From contig CAVTTL010000001.1 of the NCBI GenBank assembly GCA_963737635.1, forward strand, positions 1,088,001-1,152,000: a DNA stretch of 64,000 nt, written 5' to 3'. This document shows positions 39,227-49,954 of this stretch, piece after piece. Origin of the DNA: an uncultured Methanoregulaceae archaeon. GTDB lineage: Archaea; Halobacteriota; Methanomicrobia; Methanomicrobiales; Methanospirillaceae. The notes under the pieces were generated by a model. It was given only the letters and a program-made list of their open reading frames with translations, was not told the origin of the DNA and searched no databases. Position 1 is the first letter of the stretch, and the number at the start of each line of letters is the position of its first letter. The position numbers and the translations under genes were made by a program.

Positions 39227-40192
39227 ATGGCCCGGACCCCGCCGTTCAAGGAGATTATCGCCAGGTCACCGCAGGTTTTTATCATCGGTGTGTCTGGGGA
39301 TAGCGGGTCGGGAAAAACGACCTTCACCAACGCAATCCGCCAAATCTTCGGGCCGGAGATGGTAGCCACTATCACCCTAGATGACTACCATAAATACAAT
39401 CGGGAAGAGCGGCATCGCCTTAAGATAACCCCGCTGCACCCGGATGCAAATAATCTCGAGCAGCTTGAAGTGGATGTGGCTCGTCTTAAGGAAGGTAAGG
39501 CGATCGAAAAGCCGGTCTATAATCATGCGACCGGGACTTTTGATCCTCCGGGACTTTTTGCTTCAAAAAAAATTGTCATCCTCGAAGGGCTCCATACGCT
39601 TTTTACCCCAACACTTCGGGACCTCGTGGATTTCTCTGTTTTTGTCGATCCGGATCAAGAGGTCAAGTATGCATGGAAGGAGCAGCGCGATGTTGGGCAG
39701 CGGGGCTATTCATCTGTTGAGGTTGACGATGAGATCGGACAAAGAGAAGTAGATTATGCAGCGTATATCGAACCACAGCGTTGTTTTGCTGATGTGATCA
39801 TCCGAATCGGATATTCGAAATACGGGCAAGAGATGGGGCCGGCAAAGAATGTCTATTCAATCTCACTTATGCAGAATCCGACGAACCAGACAATCGGCGA
39901 CATCGAATTGTCCATCGATCTTACATCTCTTCTTGCGCTTCAGGAGAACAATTTTTGTATCGAGTTTTCGACCCGGAGAATCGAGTGCACCTTCCTGCGG
40001 GCCCTTACCTTTGACGGCGAGATGAATTATGATGCGGTGCGGAAGCTTGAGATCCTGATCGAACAACAGACCGGCGTTCACCCGATCGCTATGTTCGAGA
40101 ACCGGAAGACCGTGAACGCGACTGATATCGTCCAACTTATTCTCTCATGGCGGATTATTAATCGTCGGATCTTCCTGCAGGATTCAGTCTGA
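39227..40192 (+). CDS. prk: Archaeal phosphoribulokinase
   Basis: GVSGDSGSGKTT, LDDYHKYNREER..ITPL, KPVYNH, EGLH, RD..RGY. Confidence 0.88.
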   Translation: MARTPPFKEIIARSPQVFIIGVSGDSGSGKTTFTNAIRQIFGPEMVATITLDDYHKYNREERHRLKITPLHPDANNLEQLEVDVARLKEGKAIEKPVYNHATGTFDPPGLFASKKIVILEGLHTLFTPTLRDLVDFSVFVDPDQEVKYAWKEQRDVGQRGYSSVEVDDEIGQREVDYAAYIEPQRCFADVIIRIGYSKYGQEMGPAKNVYSISLMQNPTNQTIGDIELSIDLTSLLALQENNFCIEFSTRRIECTFLRALTFDGEMNYDAVRKLEILIEQQTGVHPIAMFENRKTVNATDIVQLILSWRIINRRIFLQDSV

Positions 40193-40210
40193 TCTGATAA
40201 AAAAGAACGA

Positions 40211-41792
40211 TTATACCATTTCTGATCTGACCGTGAGGAAAACCGGTCCCCGGACATCTACTTTCTTCTTGGTATCCGTAATCGCCCGCATTGCGTACTC
40301 TTCTATTCTGAGATTGATGTCGCTGGGGTGCTTCGCCATCTTGACCTGCACGAGGGTTCCTTTACCGCACCGGGCCGCCTGCTCGACGCCAGCCGCGGCA
40401 AACGCTGAGGCGGCACCGAGATACGAGATACCGGTTGGGGCACCCTTTATGCGCACATCCTTCCATTTATCGATATCAGGCACCCCAAGAATATTTCCCT
40501 CATGGACGAAGATTTCGTTTCCACATGCCGGACCGCAGAGCTTTGCGTTCGCCTCAGTTTCCTCGACCGTTACTTTCACATGCGTGCCGTTCAGGGTACC
40601 CTCCCAGACGTCAAAAGAACAAGGGCCCTGTTCCGTGGCATGGGCTGATGCAACTTTGGCAATGGCTATCGCAATGGCCTTTCCCTCGACTGTAACAGGC
40701 TCTTCCTTAAGGTGCACGGCATGTGCGATCTCCCGATCTTCAGGCAGGCGGGGGAAAAACTGGGGATACGAGAGCTGCCGGACATCATTTGCATTATACG
40801 CGATCATCGCAAGTCGTTCGACACCAAGGCCGAGATTCATGACCGGAACTCCGATACCATACTCGCCAAGGGCAGAAGGAGAGTACATGCCAAATGTCGC
40901 CACCTCGACCCAGCCATGCACCGGGTGTTTTGCATAGACCTCGGTCTGCGAGTCCGGCATATAGTACTTGGAACGCTTATCATCGGGCTGGAACCGGAAG
41001 TCCTCGTACCCGAATGCGGAGAGGAGCGCTTCGCTCACAGCCTTTCCGTCTTCGTTAGTAACATCGTCTCCCGCCACAACGCAGGAAGCGGAGTGATATG
41101 TCATAAGCCGGGTTGGCCCCTCAGCCTGTTCGCGCCGGAAACAGCGATCGACCGAGAAGAACCGAATGGGAAGAGGTGCGCGTTCCCAGAGAGAGTCTAA
41201 GCGTCATGAACCAGCCACTGGTCATGTGGCTGCGGAGTGTGGTGCGCGATGACTCCGGCGCAAGAGCCTTGAATTCCGGAAAGACCGAATCTAGGATATG
41301 GACTACATTTCCGTCGTCAGTCTCGAGCACTCTTGCCAGTTCGTGAGTCAGCTCGTCGCCATCGATCTCCGATTTCTTATATGCATGGAGCGTCTCCCGG
41401 AGTTTCTCTTCAGTTGAGACCGGCATGATTTTTTTGAGGATCATATTTATCTGGTCGAGCTGGGTTCGTGCAATCCCTACGTTCGGGCGCGGGAGGCCGC
41501 CGAGATAAAAAACCCGGTCGAGCACGGCCATCGCCTCTGGACCGAACTGCCGGTAGATGTCACTTTCCTCCACGATAACCGGGTTCTCGCATTCATCGAA
41601 ACCGAGAGAAAGGTAGATTTCGCGCAGCCGGTTGATGGTCGCAAAGATCGGGTGTTCCTGCGCTCGTGCGTACCGGAGGCGGGGGTAATTTCGGTCTCCC
41701 CCGGGTGGCGTAATTACGGAAGGGCCTTCATGCCATGCATCTTCGAAGTTCGTATGGGATTTTTCTTTCCAATCCTGTGGGTTGAATCTCAT
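40211..41792 (-). CDS. sepS: O-phosphoseryl-tRNA(Cys) synthetase (frameshift at 41196)
   Basis: [32 protein letters not shown] (restored), [23 protein letters not shown]. Confidence 0.95.
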
Positions 41793-42698
41793 TTACACAC
41801 GCTCCATGCAGATGACCCTGCTTAAGGGGTTTTCATCCCGGATTTTATAATCGCACGATGCAGCAATTCTTTCTGCAAAGGATCGTACCTGCACATGTTC
41901 CGGCATGTTATTGCGTTGCAAACGGTTTCTACTGTATCCCAGATACATGTATCCCTTTACTTCGACAAAAGTGGCCCCCGCGTCCTGGAGGAGCCGGGCG
42001 TACCCCTCCGGGTCAGTATCATTCAGGCCTGCAACAAGGGTGATCCGGACGGCCGACCTCTTCGTTGAGAGCTGCCCAAGGCTTTCTTTGATGTGGCCCC
42101 AGAACTCTTCTGCATCGCCCATAGGCCGGCAGGTTTTTTCGTAAATATTTCGATCCGGCGCATCGAGTGAAACGTACTGCTGGAAGGGCCGGCACCGGGC
42201 GAGCACACCGGGGTTGGTGCCATTGCTGACTACAAACGTGGTGTAATCGTTCTCATTGAACAGATCCACCAACTCCGGGAGCCGGCTGTACAATGTCGGT
42301 TCTCCCGAAAGGGAGATCGCTACATGCCGGGGGGCAAGCGCCTCCTGCCAGCGCTCTCCGGTTACGGTGTTGTCCAGTACCGCATTATACCCCGCCAGCG
42401 CTTTTTTCTGGAGCTTTTTTATTCCTTCAAGGATCGTCTTTGGTGGGCAGTCCTCTTCTTCTCTTATTTCGTGTTCAAACGAGCGCCAGCAAAAGAGGCA
42501 GCGCTGGTTGCAACGAAGTGTGGGGCTCATCTGGACGCAACGGTGGCTGTCGATCCCGTAGAACTGGTGCTTATAGCACATCTCCCCACCGGCGAGTGCC
42601 CGCTTGCACCAGAGGCAGGGCTTGAGGGCTGCAGATGAGGCAGGTGAAAAAAAGAGGTAGCCCTGTTTTTTCAGGGAGTCACATGGTGCGGATGGCAT
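41793..42698 (-). CDS. taw1: 4-demethylwyosine synthase Taw1/TYW1 (radical SAM)
   Basis: CYKHQFYGIDSHRC, CNQRCLFCWR, ISLSGEPT, EVKGYMYLG. Confidence 0.95.
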   Translation of the reverse strand: MPSAPCDSLKKQGYLFFSPASSAALKPCLWCKRALAGGEMCYKHQFYGIDSHRCVQMSPTLRCNQRCLFCWRSFEHEIREEEDCPPKTILEGIKKLQKKALAGYNAVLDNTVTGERWQEALAPRHVAISLSGEPTLYSRLPELVDLFNENDYTTFVVSNGTNPGVLARCRPFQQYVSLDAPDRNIYEKTCRPMGDAEEFWGHIKESLGQLSTKRSAVRITLVAGLNDTDPEGYARLLQDAGATFVEVKGYMYLGYSRNRLQRNNMPEHVQVRSFAERIAASCDYKIRDENPLSRVICMERV

Positions 42699-44358
42699 CG
42701 ATCCCAAGTGTCTCAAGAGACTCTTGTAAGGTGTTCTGTACAGCTTTTACAAGCGTGAGCCGGCGATCCCTAATCTTTCCCTCGCTTTTCAGGACTGGCT
42801 CGTAGTGGTAGAACGTGTTGAACGTGTCGGCCAGTTCGTGAGCGTACGTAGCAAGCAGATGTGGACGGAGCTCAGCTACCACTTTCTCGATGACACCCGG
42901 GAATTTTGCGATCTTCTTTGCAAGCACGATCTCCTGCATGGTCTCAAGATCGTAGCACTCGGCAAAGGTGCCGGCCTTTTCGAGGATACTGCACGCCCGT
43001 GCGTGGGCGTACTGGATATAGGGGCCGCTCTGGCGCTCGAAGTCGAGAGCTTCCTTCCAGTCAAAGACTGTGCTTTTTTCAGGCGAGATCTTCACGATAT
43101 CATAGCGGATACCAGCCCGGGCGACGGATGCCGCAATGTTTCTGCGGGTGATTTCATCGAGTTCTGGCCGCCGTATGGTTACTTCATCGAAAGCGCGCTT
43201 CGTTACCTCGGTGATCAGGTCGTCTGCAGATACAAACTTGCCCGCCCGGGTGCTCATCGATCCCTCAGGAAGCGAAACGAACTCGAAATGGACAATCTCC
43301 GGGACTTTTTCGCCGAGCAGTTTCATGGTGCACTGGAGCTGTGCCCCAATCAGTTTGTGATCAGAGCCGAGAACATCGATGACCCGGTCGAAGTTCGCGC
43401 TCTTCCAGGTATGGAAAGCGAGGTCACGGGCTGCATAGACCGATGTTCCGTCGCTCCTCCTGATCACGTACTTATTGGTGAACCCGAACTCTGCGAGGTC
43501 GAGTGCTAGGAGGGCTTCCTCATGCCGGGCCTGCGGGAATTTTGCGATCTTTTCGATGACCCGCTTGGTGTCCCCGTTCCTGACAAAGTCGCTCTCCCAG
43601 ACGAACCTATCGTGCTTGACGTTGAGGTTCATCATCGTGACTGCAAAACCGTCAAGGCATCGGGAAACTTCCCTCCGGAACTTCCTTACGGTCTCCGGGT
43701 CCCCGGTTTCCACCAGTTGCATGAGGTTGTCGACCTGCTTTGTGATGTCGGGATCTTTTTCTATTTCCCGGTTGGCTGCGATGTAGATCCGGGCGATATG
43801 GGCATCCTCTTTTTCCCCCTCGTGTTGCGCATGTTCGAGGTGGTCGAAGCCCCAAACGACGATGGCGATCTGCCGGCCCATATCATTGACGTAGTACTGG
43901 ACTTCAAGCCTGAATCCGGCCTTCCTGAATGCCCGGGCAAGCGTGTCGCCGATAATAGAGTTCCGGATATGGCCCACATGAAGAGGGCCGTTGGGGTTCG
44001 CACTGGTATGCTCAAGCACGACCCGGGTCTCCTTTTTCGGGAGCGAGCCGTAGCCGGGTTGTGTTGCTGCTTTAAGTGCGTCACTGACATAGGCGCTGCC
44101 AAGAATGAAGTTGATGTACGGCCCTTTCGCCTCAACCGTGATGCCTCGGGCGACGAGATCTTTGTTGTCCGCAAGCGCTGCCGCGATATCCTGCGCAATT
44201 TTTACCGGCGCTTGCTTTCTTGTTTTCGCCAGGGAAAAGGCTACAGTCGATGCAAGGTCTGCGTGCTCCCCGCCATCCGTGAGCTGGATATCTGTCAAAC
44301 CTGTGCAATTGGCAAGTGCCTTTGCAATTACTGTCGTTGTGTCAAAAACCATCAGCAT
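42679..44358 (-). CDS. argS: Arginine--tRNA ligase
   Basis: EHTSANPNGPLHVGH, MSTRAG, PYIQYAHARA. Confidence 0.97.
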   Translation of the reverse strand: MLMVFDTTTVIAKALANCTGLTDIQLTDGGEHADLASTVAFSLAKTRKQAPVKIAQDIAAALADNKDLVARGITVEAKGPYINFILGSAYVSDALKAATQPGYGSLPKKETRVVLEHTSANPNGPLHVGHIRNSIIGDTLARAFRKAGFRLEVQYYVNDMGRQIAIVVWGFDHLEHAQHEGEKEDAHIARIYIAANREIEKDPDITKQVDNLMQLVETGDPETVRKFRREVSRCLDGFAVTMMNLNVKHDRFVWESDFVRNGDTKRVIEKIAKFPQARHEEALLALDLAEFGFTNKYVIRRSDGTSVYAARDLAFHTWKSANFDRVIDVLGSDHKLIGAQLQCTMKLLGEKVPEIVHFEFVSLPEGSMSTRAGKFVSADDLITEVTKRAFDEVTIRRPELDEITRRNIAASVARAGIRYDIVKISPEKSTVFDWKEALDFERQSGPYIQYAHARACSILEKAGTFAECYDLETMQEIVLAKKIAKFPGVIEKVVAELRPHLLATYAHELADTFNTFYHYEPVLKSEGKIRDRRLTLVKAVQNTLQESLETLGIDAIRTM

Positions 44359-45623
44359 CCCGTCCTGTACCTGAGGATGGCAGCGATACCGCCAAATGCG
44401 GAATAGAGGATAGACCCCTCCTCAAAATCGTCTGAGATCAGCTCAACTTTTGCGCTGGAAAGATCGGCAAGTTTCGCGAGCTCGTCGATAATATCTATCT
44501 CTTCCTCAAGTACGAGGGGCGCGGTGCACTTCGGGCACGTGCCAAGTTCGATATCCCGGACAGTTGTTCCCACCGGCATACTCACCGTCCGCTCATCGGT
44601 ATAGTCACAGCTCTGGCACTTTATTTTGAGCCGTGACTTCCGGAGGTTCGAGGAGAGAAGGAGTATATCGACCGCGCCGACTTCAAGATTTTTCCGGATG
44701 CTCTCCTCCCCGTAGGCGGCGAGGCCGTTATCTTTCACCAGTTCTTTTAAGAACCGGTCCATGAAGGCTTTCTCTTTTACAACCTCCATGCCAGAGAGTG
44801 CGTCCTTTGCGGCATCGACGAGTTCAGGGAGTCCATCCTCATTGGTATACGCGACATCGAAGAGGCCGATGATCTTTTTCTGGACTTCATGGTGGAGGTA
44901 GTTCCCCGCCTCGAACTCCTCTTTTGTCGGGCTCGGCCCACCGATCAAAAGACCCTTGAACCGCTCGAAGAAGTTCTTCTCGGCCAGAAAGATCGCGCTG
45001 GAACGCTCACCGACTTTCGTGTAGAATTCATTGATCGCTATCTCACGGAGCCTGCCAAACCGGGCCGCCGATTGGCCACCTTTGCGCTGCTTACCGGGTA
45101 CCGTTGAGGTTGCACCACCGATTGCTTCGATCCGGTTGCCGCGCAGAAATCCCCAGTATGCCTCACGCCGGTCAATAACCAGAAGGCCGTAGACGTACTT
45201 CTCCTCGAGCATCTGCTTGAGGGGTTCGAGCTCGAACTTCGAGCTGCACCGATACATGTAAAGGTTGAGGGGCTCCGGGGGCTCGATAACGGTGCACTGG
45301 AGATCAGTGCGGTCACCGTAGAGCCTTACCGTACCGCAGAAGACTGCCATACCTTTCTCGGGCGGGCGCTTGTAGTACTTGAGTCGTGAGAGGATCGACG
45401 AGATGGCACTCTGGACGTTTGTTCTGGTCTGTTTGCTCTTGATGTTTGCGCACTGGCCAAACTCGTCCTTGAGCTGGCCTGTCACATCGTAGATCTGCTT
45501 GTCAGGGGGGATATAGAGCGTGATGAGCTCCGTTCCGTCCCCTTCCAGGGCCTCAAGTTTCTCGAGTGTTTTTTTGAACTCGTAGCGCTTGCGCGCTTCG
45601 TCCATCTCCACGGGTTCTGTCAT
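44352..45623 (-). CDS. prf1: Peptide chain release factor aRF1
   Basis: NIKS, YRCSSKF, KGGQS, GGIAAILRY. Confidence 0.97.
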   Translation of the reverse strand: MTEPVEMDEARKRYEFKKTLEKLEALEGDGTELITLYIPPDKQIYDVTGQLKDEFGQCANIKSKQTRTNVQSAISSILSRLKYYKRPPEKGMAVFCGTVRLYGDRTDLQCTVIEPPEPLNLYMYRCSSKFELEPLKQMLEEKYVYGLLVIDRREAYWGFLRGNRIEAIGGATSTVPGKQRKGGQSAARFGRLREIAINEFYTKVGERSSAIFLAEKNFFERFKGLLIGGPSPTKEEFEAGNYLHHEVQKKIIGLFDVAYTNEDGLPELVDAAKDALSGMEVVKEKAFMDRFLKELVKDNGLAAYGEESIRKNLEVGAVDILLLSSNLRKSRLKIKCQSCDYTDERTVSMPVGTTVRDIELGTCPKCTAPLVLEEEIDIIDELAKLADLSSAKVELISDDFEEGSILYSAFGGIAAILRYRTGC

Positions 45624-45661
45624 GAGCGAAATTCAGCCTCTGTAATAAAGCTAGTACCTAT

Positions 45662-46550
45662 TCACGTTTGTGTACCATAAATTTGCGCTAAGAGGGCCAT
45701 AAGCCGGTTGTCGACATCCGGGTTGATTCCATGGTCTCCGTCAAATTCGATGAACGTTTTTGGCTGGTTTGCCGTTACAAAGAGAGCCTGCCCTTCCGCA
45801 AACGGGATAATCGGATCGGTCGCGTTGTGGAACATCCAGACCGGGCGCGGGGAGATCGTCGGCAGGTAGGTACTTGGCTCAAGTGATGCGGCAAACCGGA
45901 GTACGTCCCCGGATCCTCCCTGTGCAAGCACTGCCTCTTTAATTCCCCAGTCCGCGGTGGAGATCCCGATATATCCGGCAAAGTTTTTGTCAACACCGGC
46001 TGCAACCGCCGCGTACCGGCCGCCGTTACTGCCCCCGACAGCGTAGACCGGGACGCCAAACCGTGAGGCAAGCATGGCGCGAGCCGAAGAAATATCGCAG
46101 ATAGTCAGGTAATATTCAGGCCATTCTTTGTTTTCGAACATTGCATAATCCGTATTCGGGTTGAACGGGTACCCTGCGGTTTCCCCGCCCCGGCCGCGGT
46201 AATCAAGGAACATAAAGGCATACCCGGCCGCGGCGTACTGGACCATCCGCTCCGTATGTCCCGTGATCTTCTCTCCGGCGCCGGGAGATACAGCAGCACG
46301 GCTTTTGGATCTTTCGGATAACTCAGGTACGTTACCACATCGCCCGTCTGAGTATTGAGGATAATTTTCGATTCGGTATAGGTTTCATTTGAAAAAATTA
46401 CAGTTTCATTAGGGATAACCGGTGCGCACGTGACCGAAAGTATGCCATTACTATTTACTGAGTACGAAGGTGTTGTGGAATTTGTGCATCCTGCACAAAA
46501 TGCGAGCACAATTAGACAAGCAAGGCCAGCAGCGATAAAAAAGCTCTCAT
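45662..46550 (-). CDS. Secreted/lipoprotein alpha/beta hydrolase (frameshifts ~46285 and ~46540)
   Basis: AGC lipobox, DYRGRG, GGSNGG nucleophile motif, DPII, GDHG. Confidence 0.78.
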
Positions 46551-46552
46551 GC

Positions 46553-47050
46553 TTATTTCTCCCTGCATCGCTGGATCAGGCAGATCGTCTTTGCATCACA
46601 GATAGTACCGTCTGCAACCATCGCGTCCATCTCTTCTCTGGTAACATTAATCACTTCGATCACTTCGTCAGCGTCTTTTTCAAATTCATGAGAGGGTGAG
46701 AGGTCTCTGGCCTCAAAGAGCCAAATCTTTTCATCGGTATAGCCAGGCGTTGTAAAGATAAAGCCCCGTGGGATGATGGTCCCTGCCGCAACGCCGGCTT
46801 CCTCGATGAGCTCCCGGTGAGCGGTCGCAAGTGGATTCTCCCCGTCTTCCATTGTCCCGGCTGGGGCCTCATATATGTACTGGCCGATTGCGTACCGGTA
46901 CTGGCGCAGAAGCTTGTACCCGTCCGGTGTGACCGGCAGGATCGCGACTGCGCTGCCAGGGTGCACAGTTACCTTCTCGGCCTCAACACCATTTGGGAAC
47001 CGCACATTCGACTTTTCGATCCACAGGCGCCTGCCGCGGAAGATCTCCAT
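46553..47050 (-). CDS. NUDIX hydrolase (ADP-ribose pyrophosphatase-like)
   Basis: PAGTMEDGE..AHRELIEEAG Nudix box; DAKT. Confidence 0.93.
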   Translation of the reverse strand: MEIFRGRRLWIEKSNVRFPNGVEAEKVTVHPGSAVAILPVTPDGYKLLRQYRYAIGQYIYEAPAGTMEDGENPLATAHRELIEEAGVAAGTIIPRGFIFTTPGYTDEKIWLFEARDLSPSHEFEKDADEVIEVINVTREEMDAMVADGTICDAKTICLIQRCREK

Positions 47051-47721
47051 CAATCGGCCTCGTAATGGATTGGATCGGTCATGCCGAGCGCTGAGAATGC
47101 CGCGCGCCGGAAATGGCAGGAGCCGCAGGTCCCGCAAGCTCTCTCCTCATTCTGGTAGCACGACCACGTGTATTCGTACGGGATGTAAAGTTCTTTTCCC
47201 AACTTGAGGATGTCTGTCTTGGTCATGTGGATGAACGGGGTGAAAAGTTCAATGCGCGTTGTCTCCCTTGTCCCGAGCTCGATTACCCGCCGGAAAGCGT
47301 CGATAAATGCTGGCCGGCAGTCAGGGTACCCGGAATAATCGAGAGCCTGCACACCGATGAAAATCGCGTCCGCTTCGCGAGCCTCAGCAAAACTGGTGGC
47401 AATGGCAAGGAGGTTTGCGTTCCGGAACGGGACATAGGTGTTGGGTACATTTGTCCGGGCCGAGTCGAACCGATCGACCGGGATCGTCGCTTCGGTAAGG
47501 CTGCTTGCGCCGAACTGCCCGAAATATCGGAGATCGATCTCGACATAGTCCTTTCTACCAAGCAGCGCTGCGATCTTTTGTGCGCAGGCCCGTTCTTTTC
47601 TCTCGGTGCGCTGGCCGTAGTTAGCATGAAGAGCGAGAATATCGTAGCCTTTGCTCTTTGCATAATACGCAAGGGTCGTTGAATCCATGCCTCCCGAGAG
47701 AAGACAGACCGCTTTCATCAT
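47050..47721 (-). CDS. queC: 7-cyano-7-deazaguanine synthase
   Basis: SGGMDS, YVPFRN, GYPDCR, WSCY..CGTCGSC. Confidence 0.97.
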   Translation of the reverse strand: MMKAVCLLSGGMDSTTLAYYAKSKGYDILALHANYGQRTERKERACAQKIAALLGRKDYVEIDLRYFGQFGASSLTEATIPVDRFDSARTNVPNTYVPFRNANLLAIATSFAEAREADAIFIGVQALDYSGYPDCRPAFIDAFRRVIELGTRETTRIELFTPFIHMTKTDILKLGKELYIPYEYTWSCYQNEERACGTCGSCHFRRAAFSALGMTDPIHYEAD

Positions 47722-48326
47722 TTTACACCTATAATCTTATGGAGCTGGAGTTGAAACCGGACCTGCAGGCCATTTTCGAGTATATACCTGATAATTGGCT
47801 GGTAATCTGCACCCTCGACCGGGGAAAAGAAGATCTCCCCGGCAATCGGATAGCGCTCCATTACGTCCTTTGCATACCGGCAGTCCTCCTCATCCATGAC
47901 CACGAACTTCACGCTGTCTTTTGGCCGGATGGCTGCAAGGAGCGCGAGATCGCTTATCTCACCTGACGAGGGACATTTGACATCCATGCAGATGGAGGCG
48001 TACGGCTGCAGATCCGTAAAGGCGATCGTACCATTGGTCTCGATTTCGATCGCTGTCCCGCGCTTGTGCATTGAGGAAAGAATACCTAAAAGGGCCACTT
48101 TCTGGAGCAATGGTTCGCCGCCGGTGATACAGACTAGGTGCGGATTCTTTCGCCAGCACTGTTCGAGCACTTCTTTACAGTCCATATCAGTTCCACCCTG
48201 CTGCGCGTATACTGTGTCGCACCAGCGGCATGAAAGATTGCATCCCGCAAGCCGGATAAAAAGACAGCGCCTGCCCTGATTGTGTCCCTCACCCTGGAGG
48301 CTTTCAAAAATTTCTGCGATCTTCAT
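47718..48326 (-). CDS. queE: 7-carboxy-7-deazaguanine synthase (radical SAM)
   Basis: [25 protein letters not shown]. Confidence 0.96.
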   Translation of the reverse strand: MKIAEIFESLQGEGHNQGRRCLFIRLAGCNLSCRWCDTVYAQQGGTDMDCKEVLEQCWRKNPHLVCITGGEPLLQKVALLGILSSMHKRGTAIEIETNGTIAFTDLQPYASICMDVKCPSSGEISDLALLAAIRPKDSVKFVVMDEEDCRYAKDVMERYPIAGEIFFSPVEGADYQPIIRYILENGLQVRFQLQLHKIIGVK

Positions 48327-48727
48327 TCTGCGATCTCTGCATAACAATTCGGCGATTCCCAGACCCGGATTTTTATTACATGCGCTTCGATGTCTTGGGC
48401 GTGACAGATGCCATCAAGATCTTCCTTGAAAATCCTCGCGAGCAATTCGCTTGTTGGGTCACCCGGAGTTGTGAGTACGTGCTGGAACTTTTCGATACAG
48501 GCTGCCATGGGGTCGTCGCGATTAAGAATAATCTGGTGGTCGTACTTCCCGATAGCCTGCTTGATGATATTATAATCGAGCAGGATACCGGTCGTCGCGT
48601 CAGGTTCGCCTTCTATCCAGACTTCGACCTTCCAGCGGTGGCCATGGAGGTTTGCACATTTCCCTTTGTAATGGAGGAGCCGGTGGCTGGCATCGATCTG
48701 GACTTCCTTGTAAATCGCGACGGTCAT
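48323..48727 (-). CDS. queD: 6-carboxytetrahydropterin synthase
   Basis: GKCANLHGH, PTSE, VWES. Confidence 0.95.
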   Translation of the reverse strand: MTVAIYKEVQIDASHRLLHYKGKCANLHGHRWKVEVWIEGEPDATTGILLDYNIIKQAIGKYDHQIILNRDDPMAACIEKFQHVLTTPGDPTSELLARIFKEDLDGICHAQDIEAHVIKIRVWESPNCYAEIAE

Positions 48728-48893
48728 TGCCCATAAGTTTGGCGTCGGGAGGATATAATATTATTATGAGTGAGGGATAATAGTGTAAGACAGGCAGGTG
48801 GATGCCACAATTTATAAATCGGTTCCCCGCTTTAGTATATATCTCAGTGTGGGGTATCGATAACCACAAAAACAACTGAAATGAGGCTCTTTA

Positions 48894-49322
48894 ATGGGAC
48901 AGGGTAAATTCGCAGCCAGAAAACTGGTTCGGGACTCAAAAAAATTCCGGTGGAGTGATAAGAACTACGCACGCCGCGAACTCAACCTCGATGTAAAGTC
49001 GGATCCGCTGGAAGGCGCTCCGCAGGCGAGGGGTATCGTGCTGGAGAAAGTCGGTGTTGAGGCAAAGCAGCCCAACTCGGCGATCCGGAAATGTGTGCGC
49101 GTCCAGCTCATCAAGAATGGTCGACAGGTCACCGCGTTTGCAGTCGGCGATGGTGCTATTAACTTCATCGATGAACACGATGAAGTTGAGATCGAGGGTA
49201 TCGGTGGCCGGCTGGGTCGATCTATGGGAGATATCCCTGGCGTCCGGTACGTCGTAACGAGCGTGAACAATGTCTGCCTCCATGAAATGGTCATTGGCAG
49301 GAAAGAGAAACCGCGCAGGTGA
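48894..49322 (+). CDS. rps12: 30S ribosomal protein S12
   Basis: [17 protein letters not shown]. Confidence 0.98.
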   Translation: MGQGKFAARKLVRDSKKFRWSDKNYARRELNLDVKSDPLEGAPQARGIVLEKVGVEAKQPNSAIRKCVRVQLIKNGRQVTAFAVGDGAINFIDEHDEVEIEGIGGRLGRSMGDIPGVRYVVTSVNNVCLHEMVIGRKEKPRR

Positions 49323-49324
49323 TT

Positions 49325-49930
49325 ATGATGGCAGAAGCAGAAGTAAAAACCGAAGCGAAGCCCGAAGCAAAGAAGCTGCTCTTCAATAAGTGGGATGTGT
49401 CCGAAGTCAAGGTGACTGACCCGAGCCTCGTCAGGTACGTGAACCTCACCCCTCAGATCATCCCCCACTCCTGTGGTAAATTCTCGCGCCAGGAGTTCAA
49501 TAAGGCCAATATGATGATTGTCGAGAGACTGATCAACAGCCTGATGCAGACCGAGAATAATACCGGCAAGAAGCAGCTGGCAATAAGGATCGTGCGGGAT
49601 GCATTCGAGATCATCAACAAGAAGACGAAAAGAAACCCTGTTGAAGTCCTTGTCGAAGCGATTGGCAACACCGGTCCCCGGGAAGAGACCGTCCGGTTGA
49701 AGTACGGTGGTATCAACGTACCCAAATCTGTAGACACTGCCCCTCTGCGCCGGGTGGATTCCGCTATCGGTTTCATCGCGGAGGCAGTCTGGAAGTCCTC
49801 GCGCAAGAACAAGAAGCCCGCGAGTGCAATCCTTGCCGACGAACTGATTGCTGCCTCAAAAGGAGACGCGAAATGTTACTCGGTTGGGAAAAAAGAAGAA
49901 AAGGAACGGATTGCAAAATCCGCCAGGTAA
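49325..49930 (+). CDS. rps7: 30S ribosomal protein S7
   Basis: IVERLIN, GPREET, ERIAKSAR. Confidence 0.97.
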   Translation: MMAEAEVKTEAKPEAKKLLFNKWDVSEVKVTDPSLVRYVNLTPQIIPHSCGKFSRQEFNKANMMIVERLINSLMQTENNTGKKQLAIRIVRDAFEIINKKTKRNPVEVLVEAIGNTGPREETVRLKYGGINVPKSVDTAPLRRVDSAIGFIAEAVWKSSRKNKKPASAILADELIAASKGDAKCYSVGKKEEKERIAKSAR

Positions 49931-49954
49931 AACATCTTTTTTGAGGTCATTTTC

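Noticed and set aside
47050-48727. queCDE as a dpd-type DNA 7-deazaguanine modification system
   Set aside because: No dpdA or other dpd genes; context is tRNA/translation, consistent with archaeosine synthesis
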